Assembly (NCBI RefSeq): GCF_006345805.1 | Contig: NC_042997.1 | Coordinates: forward strand, 73,408,001-73,472,000 | Origin: Octopus sinensis | Lineage: Eukaryota | Direction of reading: 5' to 3' | DNA length: 64,000 nucleotides | Shown here: one piece after another, positions 12,426-27,557 of the stretch | How positions within the stretch are numbered: position 1 is the stretch's first letter | Layout of the letters: the number at the start of each line of letters is the position of its first letter | Position numbers and translations under genes: made by a program | Notes under the pieces: model-generated | Told to the model about the DNA's origin: nothing | The model's input: only the letters and a program-made list of their open reading frames with translations | The model's database searches: none

Positions 12426-12574
12426 ATATATTTATATATATATACCAATTAAGGACTGAACACGAAAAGGTGGACAGTCAACATGCTAGATATAGACGTC
12501 AAATCGCCATTCTCCACAAGGATTATGTTCTCAAATAAAAATAAAATTCTGGTTTTAATTGACTAATATCAATT

Positions 12575-13490
<916 letters not shown>

Positions 13491-13494
13491 GTAG

Positions 13495-14670
13495 AACGCG
13501 TACTAGTTTGGTGATGGTAGGGTCGGGACAAGGCACGACGGTCAAGCGGTAGTAGATGTCGGACGCGATGTACATGTTCCCCACCTCCACCCGACCTTTT
13601 AGGAACAGTTTCCTCTCGGCCCATTGCCGGGCGAGAGTGACCACCCTACTCGTTATCTCGTTCTAGTTCTTCTCCTTTTGGAGGTCCGGACCAAACCAGA
13701 CCCCGAGTAAGTCGACCAGACCGTCGGTCCAATGTCCCACGACGGAGGCGCTGGTGGACGGCATGGGCTTGCTTCCTCAGGTGCCGAGCCTCAAGCCCAA
13801 TGACTTTTCCCGGTTGATTTGCGCTCCTGTCACCGTTTCGTAGTCTTTTAGTGTCTCGCCGACCAGCTCCATGTGCTCGTGGCTAGACACTATGACGGTG
13901 ACATCGTCCGCGTATGCAGACACGCTCGTCCCGCATCCCAATTCTCCTCAGAGTTGCCAGCTTCCGCAATAATGGCTCGAGAGTCAATACGTACAGAAGC
14001 GTCGAGAGAGGGCATCCCTGACGGACCGAACGTGCAATGTCGAAAGGTCTCGATAGATGGCCATTTACGCGAATTACAGAACGAATACCTCTGTACAAAG
14101 CGGCTATCCAGTCGTGGGAGACGGGACCGAAATCAGCCGCTCTGAGGACAGCCTCCAAGTATTGATGGTCTACCCTATTGAAAGCTTTCGATTGATCCAA
14201 ATTGATCAGAGCCCCACTCATGCCACGTTCCTTAACTACCCTGTCTATGATGTAGCGCATCAGATGGAGGTTGTCATGGATGCTCCGGCCCGGCACGGCG
14301 CACGTTTGCGCTTTGTGGACCAGTTTCCAAGCGCCAGCCTCTTGGCTAACACCTCAAAATTTTCAAGTCTGCATTAAGCAGAGTGATGGGCCTAAAGTTA
14401 TCAATTACGTCCCCCTTGTTTAGATCTTTCCTCAGCAGTGTTACGGCTCCTCAGCTCACAAAACCAGGGATGCTCCCGTTTTGCTGCAAGTTGCAGTACA
14501 CCGCTGCCAAGACGTCTCCAAGCAAAGCTACTAGGGTAGGCCATCCAAACCCGGTGATTTGTCCCTCACGCATTCTGCCATCGCGTCCTGCACTTCCGCT
14601 GCCGTGATGGCACATTCGCAGCGCCCTGCCTCTCTTGTCAGGAGTCGTGGCAGGCTGTGTAGGTAGGCAC
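13495..14670 (-). pseudogene. Tx1/L1-clade LINE, RT fragment
   Basis: PGRSIHDNLHLMRYII...LINLDQSKAFNRVDHQYL...VRQGCPLS.LLYVLTLEPLLRKL, followed by SAYADDVTV and ITGFGWPT...SLYCNLQQ in shifted frames. GC-rich island. Confidence 0.9.
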
Positions 14671-15409
14671 TGAAGTCAGATAGATAGGTTAAATTTCAAT
14701 TTGGTACGCCTATTCTTACATAATATTTGAATCAAATATGAATCTTGTCTATTTAATTTTTTTAAAATGGAAAGATTTTGCCTGAAAATATTCCGAAAGA
14801 CTTTATAAAAATTAATGTATAACATTGACAAAAGGCTTCGAAGACGTAGGCAGTTTTTTTTACTCCAGTATTCTGAGTGTAATTTACTCAATTGAACTTG
14901 GGAAGATGACAGTTAATGTCGACTGGGGTAAGATTTGCGATCTATATAAATAAATAAATAAATGCTTGAAGTATTTTTTATGTTATTAAATCTTAACAAT
15001 ATTTTAGTTTCCCATATAATTTCACAGTAACATCCATCATTATTGTCCACTAGCACAATGATAAATTTTTAGTTTAGCAAGCATTTGATTCTTCTGTTAA
15101 TTTACACGTGTAAACCATGAAGGCATTTTCCTAAATATATTTTCGTATGATGTTATTTTTTTCTTCTCAATGTAATGATATCGTCTTGTACTCTTTACTG
15201 GGCCATGACTCTTTACAGGGTTATGACACTTTACATATATCTTCAAAACAAAGACTCAACCCGAATACTTGCAACATAGTGCTCTCTGTTAAAGGCCCAT
15301 AAGATGCAGGATGATGTTAAATCGGGTGATGAATAAACGGAATTTGTAGAGAAGCCTGTTGTACACATAGCACCCCTCACATACACACACGCACAAATAT
15401 TTTATCATT

Positions 15410-15795
15410 TATTTGCTTCAGTTATTAGACTGAAGTCATACACGAGCACCGCCGTGAATTATCTTTCGGTCGAATGACTCGAGCCCAGTACTTATATTTT
15501 TAAACCTAGTACTTATTTTATTGATTTTTTTTTTTTTGCAGAAACGCTAATTTACGGCGACGTATACACATCAACACTGGTTGTCAAGCGGTGGTGAGGG
15601 AATAAACACAGACACAAACACATGCGCGCGCACGACGGATTTCTTTCACTTTCCGTCTACCAAATCCACTCACAAGGCTTTGATGGGTTTGAGGCTATAA
15701 TGGAAGGCACTTGCCCAAGGTGTTACGCAGTGTAGCTGAACTCGGAACCACGTGGTTGGGAAGGAAACTTCTAACCACACAGCCACGCTTGTGTC
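15410..15795 (-). mobile_element. tRNA-derived SINE (diverged)
   Basis: Reverse complement matches the head (GTGGCTGTGTGGTTAGAAG...GGTTCCGAGTTCAG) and body of the SINE at 37000. Confidence 0.75.
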
Positions 15796-16850
15796 TAAAT
15801 ATCTATTACTTTTTATTAAAATTCTAAATAACGAACGGTGAACAGTACCGATATGAGATATACATTTCCAATAGGCTAAACACTGACTCATTGAATTTCT
15901 GATGGCATGAATGACTAATAGTGATGTTTGTTCAGTTGCGTAATCTCGTGAATTTCTCGCTGTCAGAGGTGCAGTGAATCAGCGATTAATCCATGCGAAA
16001 ATATGTGTTCAACGACAATATTATTCACCATTTAAGGTAAATATTCATGATGTAGTTTTATGTGTCACCAGCATTCTTACAAAACGTATGGACAATACAT
16101 AATACAGTTTACCTTTCCCACCAGATGTTATTTTTAAAGAAATCTTTCATAGTTCCTTGGGCGAGGTGTTACCTCTTAACTCTGCCACACCGTGTTACCT
16201 GTTTTGCAGGAATAGCCAAAATGTCATCTCTATCCAATTCCCGTTAAAACAGTAATAAGTAACACACGCAGAAAAAGAAGATAAAATGCTAAAAAGAGAC
16301 AACCGATCACGTTGCAGCTTTGTAATCGAGTGTGCTCATGACTCGTTAATAGTGAAGCCCTGCCTACCCAGAGCTGTTCTTTTTTAATCGAAAAAGGAAA
16401 TAGATGTTTTGCAATGAAACGAGTCCGTTACGAACCCAGTACTTGGTACAGTTGAGGAAATTACTGATTTTATTTACTCTTCGGACGATGAGACAACGAG
16501 AGTGTGGCGGACAATCAAACTGGTGAAAGAGATGGATGAAGAAAGAAGCGATTTGTGTGTACAAATACGGTGGTTGAGAGAAAGGCCTATTGTTACTCTC
16601 CTGCTGCCGTTATACTTGACAAGTGTATGCAAATTTCTATTTTTTCTGTTTTTTTCTTTTTTGGTCGGGAATGCAGGTGAAGAGCAAAGTTAGACGCAGG
16701 GGCCCATTAAAAATTGTCGTTCACTTCTATCCCCAATATTTAATTTTCGACTACTTATGTCAGCAAATATTCGTTGAAACTTAGGGCGGTTTGAGTACTG
16801 ACACTTATACATTAAAACCGAAAGTAGGAACTAAATTTCATTTTCAGAGT

Positions 16851-17000
16851 TAGGCGCAGGAAGCTTCCTTACGAACCACATGGTTCCAAGTTCAGTCCTA
16901 CTGCGTGGCATCTTGGGCAAGTGTCTTCTGCTATAGTCCCGGGTCGACCATAGCCTTGTGAGTGGATTTGGTAGACGGAAACTGAAAGAAGCTCGTCGTA

Positions 17001-17074
<74 letters not shown>

Positions 17075-17300
17075 TGTATGTGTGTATGTATATGTTTGTG
17101 TGTCTGTGTTTGTCCCCCCAACATCGCTTGACAATCGATGCTGGTGTGTTTACGTACCCGTAACTTAGCGGTTCGGCAAAAGAAACCGATAGAATAAGTA
17201 CTAGGCTTACAAAGAGTAAGTCCTGGGGTCGATTTGCTCCACTTGAGGCGGTGCTCCAGCAAGGCCACAGTCAAATGACTGGAACGAGTAAAAGAGTAAA
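16851..17300 (+). mobile_element. tRNA-derived SINE with an internal (TA)n
   Basis: CATGGTTCCAAGTTCAGTCC...GTGGATTTGGTAGACGGAAACTGAAAGAAG...GGCGGTGCTCCAGC...GAGTAAAAGAGTAAAA. Confidence 0.85.
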
Positions 17301-18944
17301 ATATATGAGTTAGATAGCATTTTATTTAGCTGTTTTACTGTTACCTACTAAGAGTTGTAAAAATGTGAAATATTTTATGCAATTCTATGAAATTTTCTTG
17401 TGAGCTTAAAGGTTACTGGTGATAGCAGAGACAGCTCTCATATCGAAAGGTAGTCGTTGGTGTCAATAACTATTATTACTATATATGGTCGAATATAGCA
17501 ATCAGTTGCATCTGCTCCTCGAATTTATTTGGTATCTTCTTTTTTAAATTACGAAGCCTAATCAGAAAATGTAAGCTCACTTACAACTGTGCTATTGAAT
17601 GTTTTTAAATGTTGAATAAATATTAAATAAGTGTCATTTTTATGTATAATACATGTATATACTCATATATAAGGTGTATTGTATACAACTTCCAAAATAA
17701 AATCGTTAGCCATATAAAGCAAATATATTAATTAATGCAATATATCAGATAAGTTGCGCGAAAATGGATTGATAGTTATCTTTCTTTTCATATGTTGTAT
17801 GATATTTAAGAGTATGTTACATGTGCATTTGATGATGGGCAATACGTTTCCTTTTTTGAGAAACTGACCAGTTTAATATGCTGCTTGATAAACCTTTTAT
17901 GGACTACATTACGTAATTATGCATAAAGCCAAAACCTACTGAAGACTTGGTTTCCTATGTCCACCAGTAGATGCTTGCCTATGAGAAATTTGTAAAGAAC
18001 CAACGTTGTAATATTCGATACCTGACTCTCTGACTTTTCTACTGCGACTACAAACTGTCTATACTCCTCGGAGTTGTTTAGTACCCTGCAACCTCTTGCA
18101 GTTGTTCAATAAATATATCAACATCATCGATTTTATCAATCATGAAGGGCCTGTAAAGACCTTAGAAGCACCCACTTCTACTAAGCCAAAATAGAAATAA
18201 AGTAGTTTTATTCTAAGAACTGCAATCGAATGAATCAAGCATTTAGTATGCATGTCACATGCAAATAACCTTCATAAAAATAGATTCTTAATGAAAACAG
18301 GTGTAAACAACGAAAAAAAAATTCTTAAACATAAAACAATTAATAATTACAAAAAAATCTGTCAATGGAGACTTTAGTACATACCATTAGTTCATGAATA
18401 GTTCCAAATACTTGGAATGTGTTACAAAGTTAGTTACAAATTTCAGATAAGTTTGGTAAAATATACGAATAATATGTCTAGCTGAGCTGATATACTGCAT
18501 AAAATGAAGTGTCAAGCGTTTCGACAATGAACGCCGAACGAAACTTTAAATCTTTTTCCCCTCTATTTTCTGTCGACGCAGATCTACAATATTCTCATAG
18601 AATTTTCAGTATTAAACTATAATTTATTGACCATAAAGAAATAAAACTATGCTCAGTATACGGTGGAAGACTGATTATACGTCGTTTTTCATTCTGTGAA
18701 TATATGTAGAAAAGTTGAAACATAAATTTAAGGCGATACAGTAAATATTCTAATGAATATGCGTATTTTGTTCTCTTTAAAAAATTGAATACAGGATGGA
18801 AACGGCGCAATATCATTACCGCTAAAAATGTTGATATGACTCCTCAATTTATGCAGTAATACATCTGGTACGAGACAGGTGTACATGAATCTATGTTTTA
18901 ACCAGCTACAAAACTATTTCATATTGATAAAGTTCAATGATCTG

Positions 18945-19034
18945 TTAGGAATAGGAACCGGAGCAACTAAGAATATCACTTCCCTGTACAGCATGCGTGC
19001 TGAACGGTATAAGATATTCATCGTTAACATGAAG
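18945..19034 (-). CDS. Candidate terminal exon of the minus-strand host gene
   Basis: Acceptor CTCGTTTAG, phase 0, LHVNDEYLIPFSTHAVQGSDILSCSGSYS*. Phase-compatible with 19409-19566. Confidence 0.35.
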   Translation of the reverse strand, partial: LHVNDEYLIPFSTHAVQGSDILSCSGSYS

Positions 19035-19408
19035 CTAAACGAGGTACAGTATGCAATAAAACTTTCTTAGGCCTTTTGCTAAATCAATACCTTCCAATAA
19101 GCTCTACCGACTAAGAGCTCCTTTCCTTTTCCTAAATTGTTCATCTACTCTACAGCTTTTTGTGCGGTCAGGAAGAGAGCCTTCATGTAGTTGGTTGACC
19201 TGCTATAGATTATAGCCAAGGGTCGCATCCTACAATCTTAAAACTAGAACATATTGGATAATGTAGTTTTAGATGTAATATGCCGTAAAAAAAGGTGGAA
19301 TTGTTCACGACAGAAACGGAAAATATTAGAGGTATATAATGAAAAAAACAAGCAAATAGAAGAGAATGAATATTAAAATGAAATGAAACAAAACGTTAAT
19401 ATACTCAC

Positions 19409-19566
19409 CTCTGTCAGAAATTTATACCTATCATCACTTACATATGATGTTGGCTCAGTATTTATGCTGTTTTCTTTATCCCGACGAAATAATGGGCGAT
19501 GGTTTGCCATATTATCACCCATTCTATACCAGAAAATGAGTGCTTTACCTTCGATATTTTTGCAAT
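19409..19566 (-). CDS. Candidate internal exon (possible Ig-like domain)
   Basis: Acceptor TATTTTTACAG and donor GAG|GTGAGT. 158 nt, open: (D)CKNIEGKALIFWYRMGDNMANHRPLFRRDKENSINTEPTSYVSDDRYKFLTE. Confidence 0.6.
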
Positions 19567-21151
19567 CTGTAAAAATATCATTATTGATTGTTAGTACATG
19601 AACTATATCTTATTCTGAGTGTAGCTTGCTTGGATAGTATATGAACTTTTTAATAGATGAAGTAATTTTGCCATAAATATGGAATAATGAAGTATGGTAT
19701 ATTAGGATTCATGCTACTTGTTGACTGCAAAGCACAATTCCACTCTTAAATTATACAGAAATGTCAATTATTGAACTGCACCAACAACTGCGATATTAAT
19801 TTGCTCCTTGATTCCTGATTAGATACTGTAAAACTATGTTGTTTCCATTCGAAGCACACTGCTAAGTTTAACTCCAGCAGGATTTTCTTAACTTAAAATG
19901 CCGACAAATTCTAATCTGAAGATCTTATAATTTATGACTTTAATGATTCCTTAAGACATTTGGTGAGATATGAAGAGTGAAATGGATGAAACAAGGATAT
20001 CAGCTAACCAAGAGCTACTTAAAACAATGTTCGCATATATTAATAATATTCTCTTCGCATATATTAATGTTAATTAATTCCTTGTTAGAAAAAATATCTT
20101 GTTTGGCAGTGAAGAATGTCGATATTATATCGCATCCAGATGTCAATAAATAATACAAATGGTGTGATTATAGTTATGCATATTTGCAAATCGATATGTG
20201 CACTGAAGCTAACTGTATACACTTGCAGGTAAATGAACAAATGAACACAAATCTAAGCATTAGTGTATAGAAATATTGCATGCATATTTTCTGCCTGGGT
20301 ATTTTTTCAATCAGTCCGTTTTATGTCTGTGTTATGAATGTAAAATATGTTTAAAACAATATTTACAACGTCTTTTAACAGTATAAGGGTTTAAAATGCC
20401 TTTATCGTTCTCGTGGACGTCGCTGACGTCAATTGTTATTCAATATGCGTAAATAGAGCTTGTTTTAAATTTCACGAGAAAAGAATTTGGGCATGTGCTG
20501 AGAGAACAAAAGAGCTTCATTTCATTTGTCTATCATTTGTTCAGACCTGTTTAAAGCCATTTATTTATCAATATATGAATCTGTGTATAATAATTATATT
20601 TACTTTTCGATAGTAAAAAAATTAGATCTTTCCTTCCTTGCATAAAAAATAATTGGGTCGTTTTGAAACATATATGAAAAGAAATATTCAAGTCTAACAA
20701 ATCCTGTGAGAAAATGCCTTAATATTTACAGACATTAGTATTTTTATTTTCTGAAACATATCTATCCTTATAGATTATCTCTATTATCTCAGTGTATCTT
20801 CAGAAGTGGCTGTGTTTATTTTCAGTGGTACCAGTTACAAATGATATGGATAATTGTTTTTAACTGTCATAAAGTTTTTAAGTTCAAGATTTACTTCTAT
20901 TTCAGTTTAATGATATAATCCTTTGCATTATCGCTTAGTATGTCGCAAGGATTCATCACATTTAATAGAGTGGTTTGTATGCTACGGTTGCATAAGTACT
21001 TTTTATTGTTATTTTCCGAGACTCATATTAATATATGAGTTTTATGAACAACAGCCTGAAAGAAACTGAAGTTAAGTGGCTAGACTAGTCATGACATTTT
21101 TGTTTCTAAGCATATTTTTCATTGGCGCTCGTGTATAAGCTGTTGTAATAC

Positions 21152-21296
21152 AATGCCTTCACCATCATCACCCAGAATTTACCAATACTTCATAAGGACC
21201 CCAAATTAAAGGAAATTTTAAACATACACCAAATCATTAAAAGCTACAAACAACCTAAATCACCTAAAAAGATTCTCACAAAGGCAAACATTTTCT
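21152..21296 (+). pseudogene. Penelope-like element, RT-endonuclease linker fragment
   Basis: NAFTIITQNLPILHKDPKLKEILNIHQIIKSYKQPKSPKKILTKAN resembles the PLE I...N..IL..DP.L..I...P...YR.P.NL..IL..A motif. Confidence 0.65.
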
Positions 21297-21816
21297 CAGT
21301 TTTTGCGTTTTTTTGTTGTTGCCCGTGTTGTTGCATATATTCGCTCGTCTTCTTCAAAAAATTTAATGCCCTTAGCTTAGGTTTTTGGGACCTGTCAGGT
21401 TTGAACAATCTCAAGTGTAGCAAGCCGAAATTGTAGTGATGATTGGAAGCTTGACAGATGACTAGAAAGCCACGAATGTTTCGTCCTCGTTTTCCTGTGT
21501 CTTTGTAACGTCCATTAGCACATATGTTTTATTGTCGTTCGTTACGTTCTTGTACCGTTTTTTAAATTTATGTAAGCATGTATGCATGTGTGTATGTATT
21601 TCATTATTCAGTTTTATTTCAAGATTTCTCGCCAATCGACAAAGTGCCGGTTTCCAACCAAGATTCCAGGCGCCTTCATTGGAATTTCAACATCAACAAC
21701 AGGGTATTTTTTATGTTTGTATGTATGTATGTATGTTTATGTGCAGATTTGTATATATTGCTTTATGCATGTATTCTCATGCATTTGGTTGCATATCTAG
21801 ATATGCTCATATATGT

Positions 21817-22975
21817 TTAAATGATAAACTTCTGGAAAGATTTACATATTTTTACAGTTCCAGTGATGGATTGAATATGTAGTTTTCGAATTAGCATTCT
21901 CCTTTCAGATTTTGAGAGGTCTAATTTCCCAAGATTGGTATTTAGGCAGTGTGTTACATATCCCAGGGCCCCAATAACTACAGGAATAAACCTGAACTTG
22001 TGATCTGGATAGAGTAACAGTAGATTTCCCTGGAGTTCAGCGTAGGTATTCTCTTTTTCGCTGAGCTTTGTAGCTAATTTCCACAGTTTCTCTTCTCTAT
22101 CCCAAATCATTTTATTGACGTCTTAACTGGGACATTCTACCAGTACTCCTGTTTTATTATGAGTGGCTATGGCTTCTACCATGCTGTAGGTTCTTATTTA
22201 TTTGTCCTTGGGGGACATCCTTCCGATGGATTTCATTATAGAGTGTCTTAGCTACAGCATCATGTCTCATCGGTAGATAATACCGTGATGACATTTTCGG
22301 ACAACTGATTATGATGTGGATGATATCGTCGGTGTTAACTCCACAAAGTCTGCATCAGTTGTCACATTTTACTGCTATTAAGGCATGTCTATCCCTTTTG
22401 TTCGTCAGATATTTGGTTGATATTTCCTCTTCCTGGATCGCAAACGCATACCCTTGAAAGTGGGAGGTATTTGCCCATAATAAACTGCTTTGATGATCGA
22501 TGTTACTATCATCTCGGAGCTCTCTAATAACATATCTATGCATAGTCTTCTGCTCATATATGCTCATCCTTTCATCTGATGATACGTTGCGATATAGTCG
22601 TGCGACTTCTTTGGGCATGTATTCTAGGTTATCAGACAAAGAGTGTTGCTCAAGGAGCTGCCTTCCAAGTCTTATGATGTTATCAGCTTCATGTATGCAA
22701 ACTTGATCAAGGGATGAACTTCGACACTTGGTTGTTAAAAGATATTACCGAAGGGATATGATAGGACATTCAAAGGCATTTTGAATCGATGTTAAGCCTC
22801 TTCCGTCTTGTTTTCGTTTTCGTTTTAGCACTGTTTATGTGGAAATATTGTGTGCTTGTTAGTATTTTCAGGTTTTCACATCAATGGCTCGGATCTCATC
22901 AAGCACCCCAAATGTTGGTATGAGTACTGGCACTGCAAACACATTGTGGGCCACTGTTTTATTGAATGCAGAGTT
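21817..22975 (-). pseudogene. R4/Dong-like LINE, 3' part with restriction-like endonuclease
   Basis: FAVPVLIPTFG, TSHFQGYAFAIQEEEISTKYL, and KLSEKENTYAELQ...FIPVVIGALGYVT...QSITGTVKICKSF. Confidence 0.8.
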
Positions 22976-22982
22976 TTCTGTA

Positions 22983-23015
<33 letters not shown>

Positions 23016-23233
23016 ATGTATGTATGTATGTATGTATGTATGTATGTATGTATGTATGTATGTATGTATGTATGTATGTATATCTGTTTAGTTTAGATGT
23101 TATAATCCAGGCGTTCACATTCGGAAACTCTTCTACGGACAATAGGTAATCCCTCTATATATGTGCCTTTATACCTGTCTGTGCATGTATATCCATACAT
23201 ATGTTTGAAGTATATATATGCATATATATCTTG

Positions 23234-23286
<53 letters not shown>

Positions 23287-23554
23287 GCATTGTAGGGTAA
23301 GAATTCATTGTGGGAACTGCAGGGTCCAGAGCAGAGGTATTTTTCTGCGTGGGATTTAGAATTAAAAACATGGAGATTTTATGCAGTGTGTAGGGATAGT
23401 ATTTAGGTTTTCATTATTGGGGAAAAGATTAGGTTGTCTACTTTTTGTTTACATAGTTGTTTAGATTGTCCCAAACAAGGGGAAAAACCGCTTAGAGTAT
23501 GGGAATAAGAAGGTGAAATAAAGTTGAAAGGAGTGAATTTACTTTAAACTTCAG

Positions 23555-23726
23555 GTCATAAAAAGTGGGGAAAGAATGAGAATGAAGAGAGCTCCAAACT
23601 CTGGCAGTTCGAGGAGAAAAGCTACGAAAGTAGAAAGATTTCTTTATTTGTGGAAGTACAACAGCATCTGGATGAAGAAGCTGTGAATATTACGTCAGGC
23701 GAGATGATACAATTTGGATCTGCGAG
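23555..23726 (+). CDS. Weak candidate exon 1 of a nested plus-strand transcript
   Basis: AAACTTCAG acceptor, open frame HKKWGKNENEESSKLWQFEEKSYESRKISLFVEVQQHLDEEAVNITSGEMIQFGSA, donor AG|GTGAAG in phase 2. Confidence 0.25.
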
Positions 23727-24319
23727 GTGAAGTTTCTTCAGAACATTGCCTGTGGTAATAATGTTAGAAAAGACTGAGACTGGCAACGTCAAATCGATGT
23801 GACTGTGACAAGGGCTGCAGAGTTGGAGGAAGAGAGAGACCAATCAAATTAGAGACTTGTTCCTGAACCTGAGCGAGGAGATCAAAATGACAAGATGGTG
23901 CATCAGACCACATATGACAAGAATATTCCATAGAAGGTCAAATTGTGAACTTGTGTGAAATACATGATTCATATGTTACGAGTTCAATATGTGGATTCCT
24001 ACGAGTTTAAAGTTATTTTACATACATACACGAGGTGAAATAAGACTTGGTTTCGAACCCTGCCAAATATTCACTGGCATTAGCTTGCCCCTCAGGGTCC
24101 CAGACCAACCTACCAGCTGAACCTGCTGAACCTGTCTCTAGGAACAAATGAAAATCTCTCGCCTGGGCTTTAGTCATGTACATTTTCGTTAGTTTCCTAG
24201 ATGTTAACTTTTTCTTCAGTGTAAATGTAATGTAACATTCATTACCACTGGATAGCTGACCTCTACAATCGTGTATGTGCTTTTATTTTTATCCTGTTAC
24301 TCGTCCATCTTAATTGCAG

Positions 24320-24382
24320 GCAACGTCATAGGATGGAAGGATCTCAAAACCCTAGACACACCCAAACTGCGGGAGATGATAT
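24320..24382 (+). CDS. Weak candidate exon 2 of a nested plus-strand transcript
   Basis: CTTAATTGCAG acceptor, donor AT|GTACGT, 63 nt, phase 2 to phase 2: QRHRMEGSQNPRHTQTAGDD. Confidence 0.3.
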
Positions 24383-24884
24383 GTACGTGTTGTGTTTATG
24401 TCTATTTGAGTCAACATTTGTTATACAAAATACCTCGTCACTTTTTCTCATTTATGTAAAGGCAGAATTCAAAGAAAAACTAAAGATGATATTCTGATGT
24501 ACTAATTGATTCCTATTTAAGTATATAAAATATGAATTAGCACTCCTACTCTCTGAATAACTTTAATCCTTCATCTGACACCCAATGTAACTATTAAACT
24601 GTAGTCAGCTCTGTATGAAAAATCAATGATGCATCGTTCCAATTCATACTCAATACTTAGTTAAATGTCTGGCATAATTCAATTTGCCCTATTGCTGATT
24701 CATAAGATTGACATAACTAATGCAATGGTGAAAAATAAACATAAAAGCCTTCTAAAGGAGAAACATGACATGTATTGATCATAATGATATCGTATAAAAT
24801 GATAAACAGTTAAGTTGAGAACATCTGAAATAAGGTGTAAAATATAAATCATGAGCTTGTATGGGATTGTTTTTCTGTATTTAG

Positions 24885-25026
24885 AGGAAATGCCTCAACG
24901 GAAAATAAAATAAATGAAAGACTCAATTCATCTGATGCAGAGCGACCCGAATTTCTACAAGGTTATGCAACCGGCAAACATTCACGATTAAATGTGCCTT
25001 CAACTACTATACAATGCATTATGTAA
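24885..25026 (+). CDS. Weak candidate exon 3 of a nested plus-strand transcript
   Basis: TTTTCTGTATTTAG acceptor, phase 2: (I)GNASTENKINERLNSSDAERPEFLQGYATGKHSRLNVPSTTIQCIM*. An alternative donor is possible at 24962. Confidence 0.3.
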
Positions 25027-25196
25027 TATGTATGTGTAAACATACACACGCACACACACACACATATATACACTTACATATATTATCCTTAAATCCTTAA
25101 AAATGTTATAGCCCGAAGGACAATGTGGATATGTGGATATATATATATATATATATATGCATACATACGTGTATATACACATACATACATACATAT

Positions 25197-25286
<90 letters not shown>

Positions 25287-25810
25287 CGCATGTATGTATG
25301 TATGTATTCTTTTTTTCTTTTACTTCATTCAATGGCACTGAAACGGGAAACATGTGGTTGGGAATCAAGCTTCTTACCACATATATACGAGTACACTATT
25401 ATGCATACACACATACACAGAGTATATATGTTATATAACATTATATACACTAGCTTTTACACACACGCAGATATCAGCATTCACTCACAACGCACACAAA
25501 TATATACACACAAGTGCATTTGTGTGCTTACGTGTGTGAGATCAAATGCCGCCGAGGTCCACTTTGTCTGTCTACCTATCGGGTTGATAATATATAATGG
25601 TAAATCTACCATTGTTAGAAAATCGGTTGCAATTCTTTGCGATATTTGATTACTATACTTGGCCCTTGGCTAACTTTTACCGAGTTCACACCTGCTACAA
25701 GCATTTGTGACATATATTCATTTTTTCTCCAAACAACCTCGAAGGTGTAACAGAATATATTCATTAACGCAGTCTGTTCTTTACACACAAATACATTACT
25801 CGTTCATGAA

Positions 25811-25853
<43 letters not shown>

Positions 25854-26243
25854 CGCGCACACATGCTATACTAGAAATTGAAACAAATTATTTATAATAA
25901 TGTACTATTAACAATGAAGTTGGAAATATCAATAAAATTGTAATTACTTACATGTTCTTATATATGTTTCTACTGAAGTATATCTAATATCTGAAGTATA
26001 TCTAATTACATATAAGCATACATCTGTGTGTGTACGTGTTTAGGTGTGCATGTATCGCTGTATGTATAAGTATATATATATTTAAGTATTATTCTACATA
26101 TATTAAATATTGTTCAATTCAACGGCAATGGATTTCAGTTCAATTCATATTTCCATAATATTTCTTCCTGATATTTCCACAAGGTTACTTCACATGCAAA
26201 TTATCTCTGAGCCTTAATTTATATTTTACGAAAACTTGTCTAT

Positions 26244-26279
<36 letters not shown>

Positions 26280-27557
26280 GTGTGTGTGTGTGTGTATGTG
26301 TTCGTGTCTGAGGGAGGAATAAAGACGGGGAGTAGACGGCGAGAGGATAGAAAGAAGAAGGAGGGGAGAGAAGTGATAAGAGATTGGTTTACAAACTGTT
26401 TCATTTTGATATTTTCTCCATAAGATGTCATTACGCAGGCAACGAAATAGACAATGTTGTTTCCCTTTGATTGAGCGTTAGATTGTTGACCTTGACACTT
26501 AGCATGTATATTCTTTCTTTGCGTGAAGAGGACTTTGTACGATATTCCTATCTCAATAGACCTCTGTACCTTTCGCTTAAATGTTCACTTAATCTCTTAG
26601 TAACATCCGTTATCACTAACATTGCTTGACTTGTAGCAGTCATCTCAATTTCTACCTACTTTTTCAGTGTAATTATCAGTATTTGTTTTCAACATATTAA
26701 AAAGTCAGACGACCATTTGAATGAAAATATTCAACATTCTTTCCGAGGAGGGCAATTTTGCTTTTTATCCTTCGGGATCGAAAAATTAAGTACCAGTTGC
26801 GTACTGGAGTCGATCTAATCAACTGTCCCCCTCCCCCAACATTTCGGGCCTTGTAGAAAAGAATATGCAATATTTTATATATCCGTCTCTTCTACCTCTG
26901 TCTCCTTCTCCCTCTATCCTCTCTTCACGCAGATATATACGCATATATATACACACTGATACATACATGTGCTCCTGCGCACAAACATATACACAACATG
27001 CGCGCGTGTATCGATATATATTAGACATAAAATTGAATAGTCTGATTCACAGAGCATGGTAAATGAATATTTTATAAATATAAACAGGTTTTTAAGCGAA
27101 ACAAATCGAGGAATATATATTATCTTCTAACTTTCAAAATATTTGAAAACGCATAGGAAATTTTCGGAAATAGTTATAGGAAATGAGGAATTTTAATAAC
27201 TTCAGTGTCCACTACGTACCGCTTGTAGTGTCATCTAACAGAGAGGAGCAGAAAAGCCTCTGCATTAAGAGAGAGAGAGAGACAAACAGACAGACAGACA
27301 GACAGAGACAGAGAGACAGACACAGAGATAGGCAGACAGACAAACGGGGAGAGAAGGAGAGAGAGGGGGAGAGAGAGATATATATATATTGTGTGCGGCA
27401 GAGAGAAGGGGAAAACTTATAACTATCAGTATTTCACTGTCTCTGCATATATCAAACTGGATTTTCTCTTCATCCATTATCCCGAAATGATTCTGGATAT
27501 GGGTGAAATATGCATACATAGAAGTCCTTCGGCATGTCCATTCCGCCAAATACTCAC

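Noticed and set aside
16415-16690. Acidic peptide VEEITDFIYSSDDE resembling a piggyBac N-terminus
   Set aside because: No TTAA-CCC terminus and no downstream transposase motifs.
18070-18150. Minus-strand open segment PFMIDKIDDVDIFIEQLQEVAGY* after TCTTTACAG
   Set aside because: It needs a phase-2 donor that I could not find upstream.
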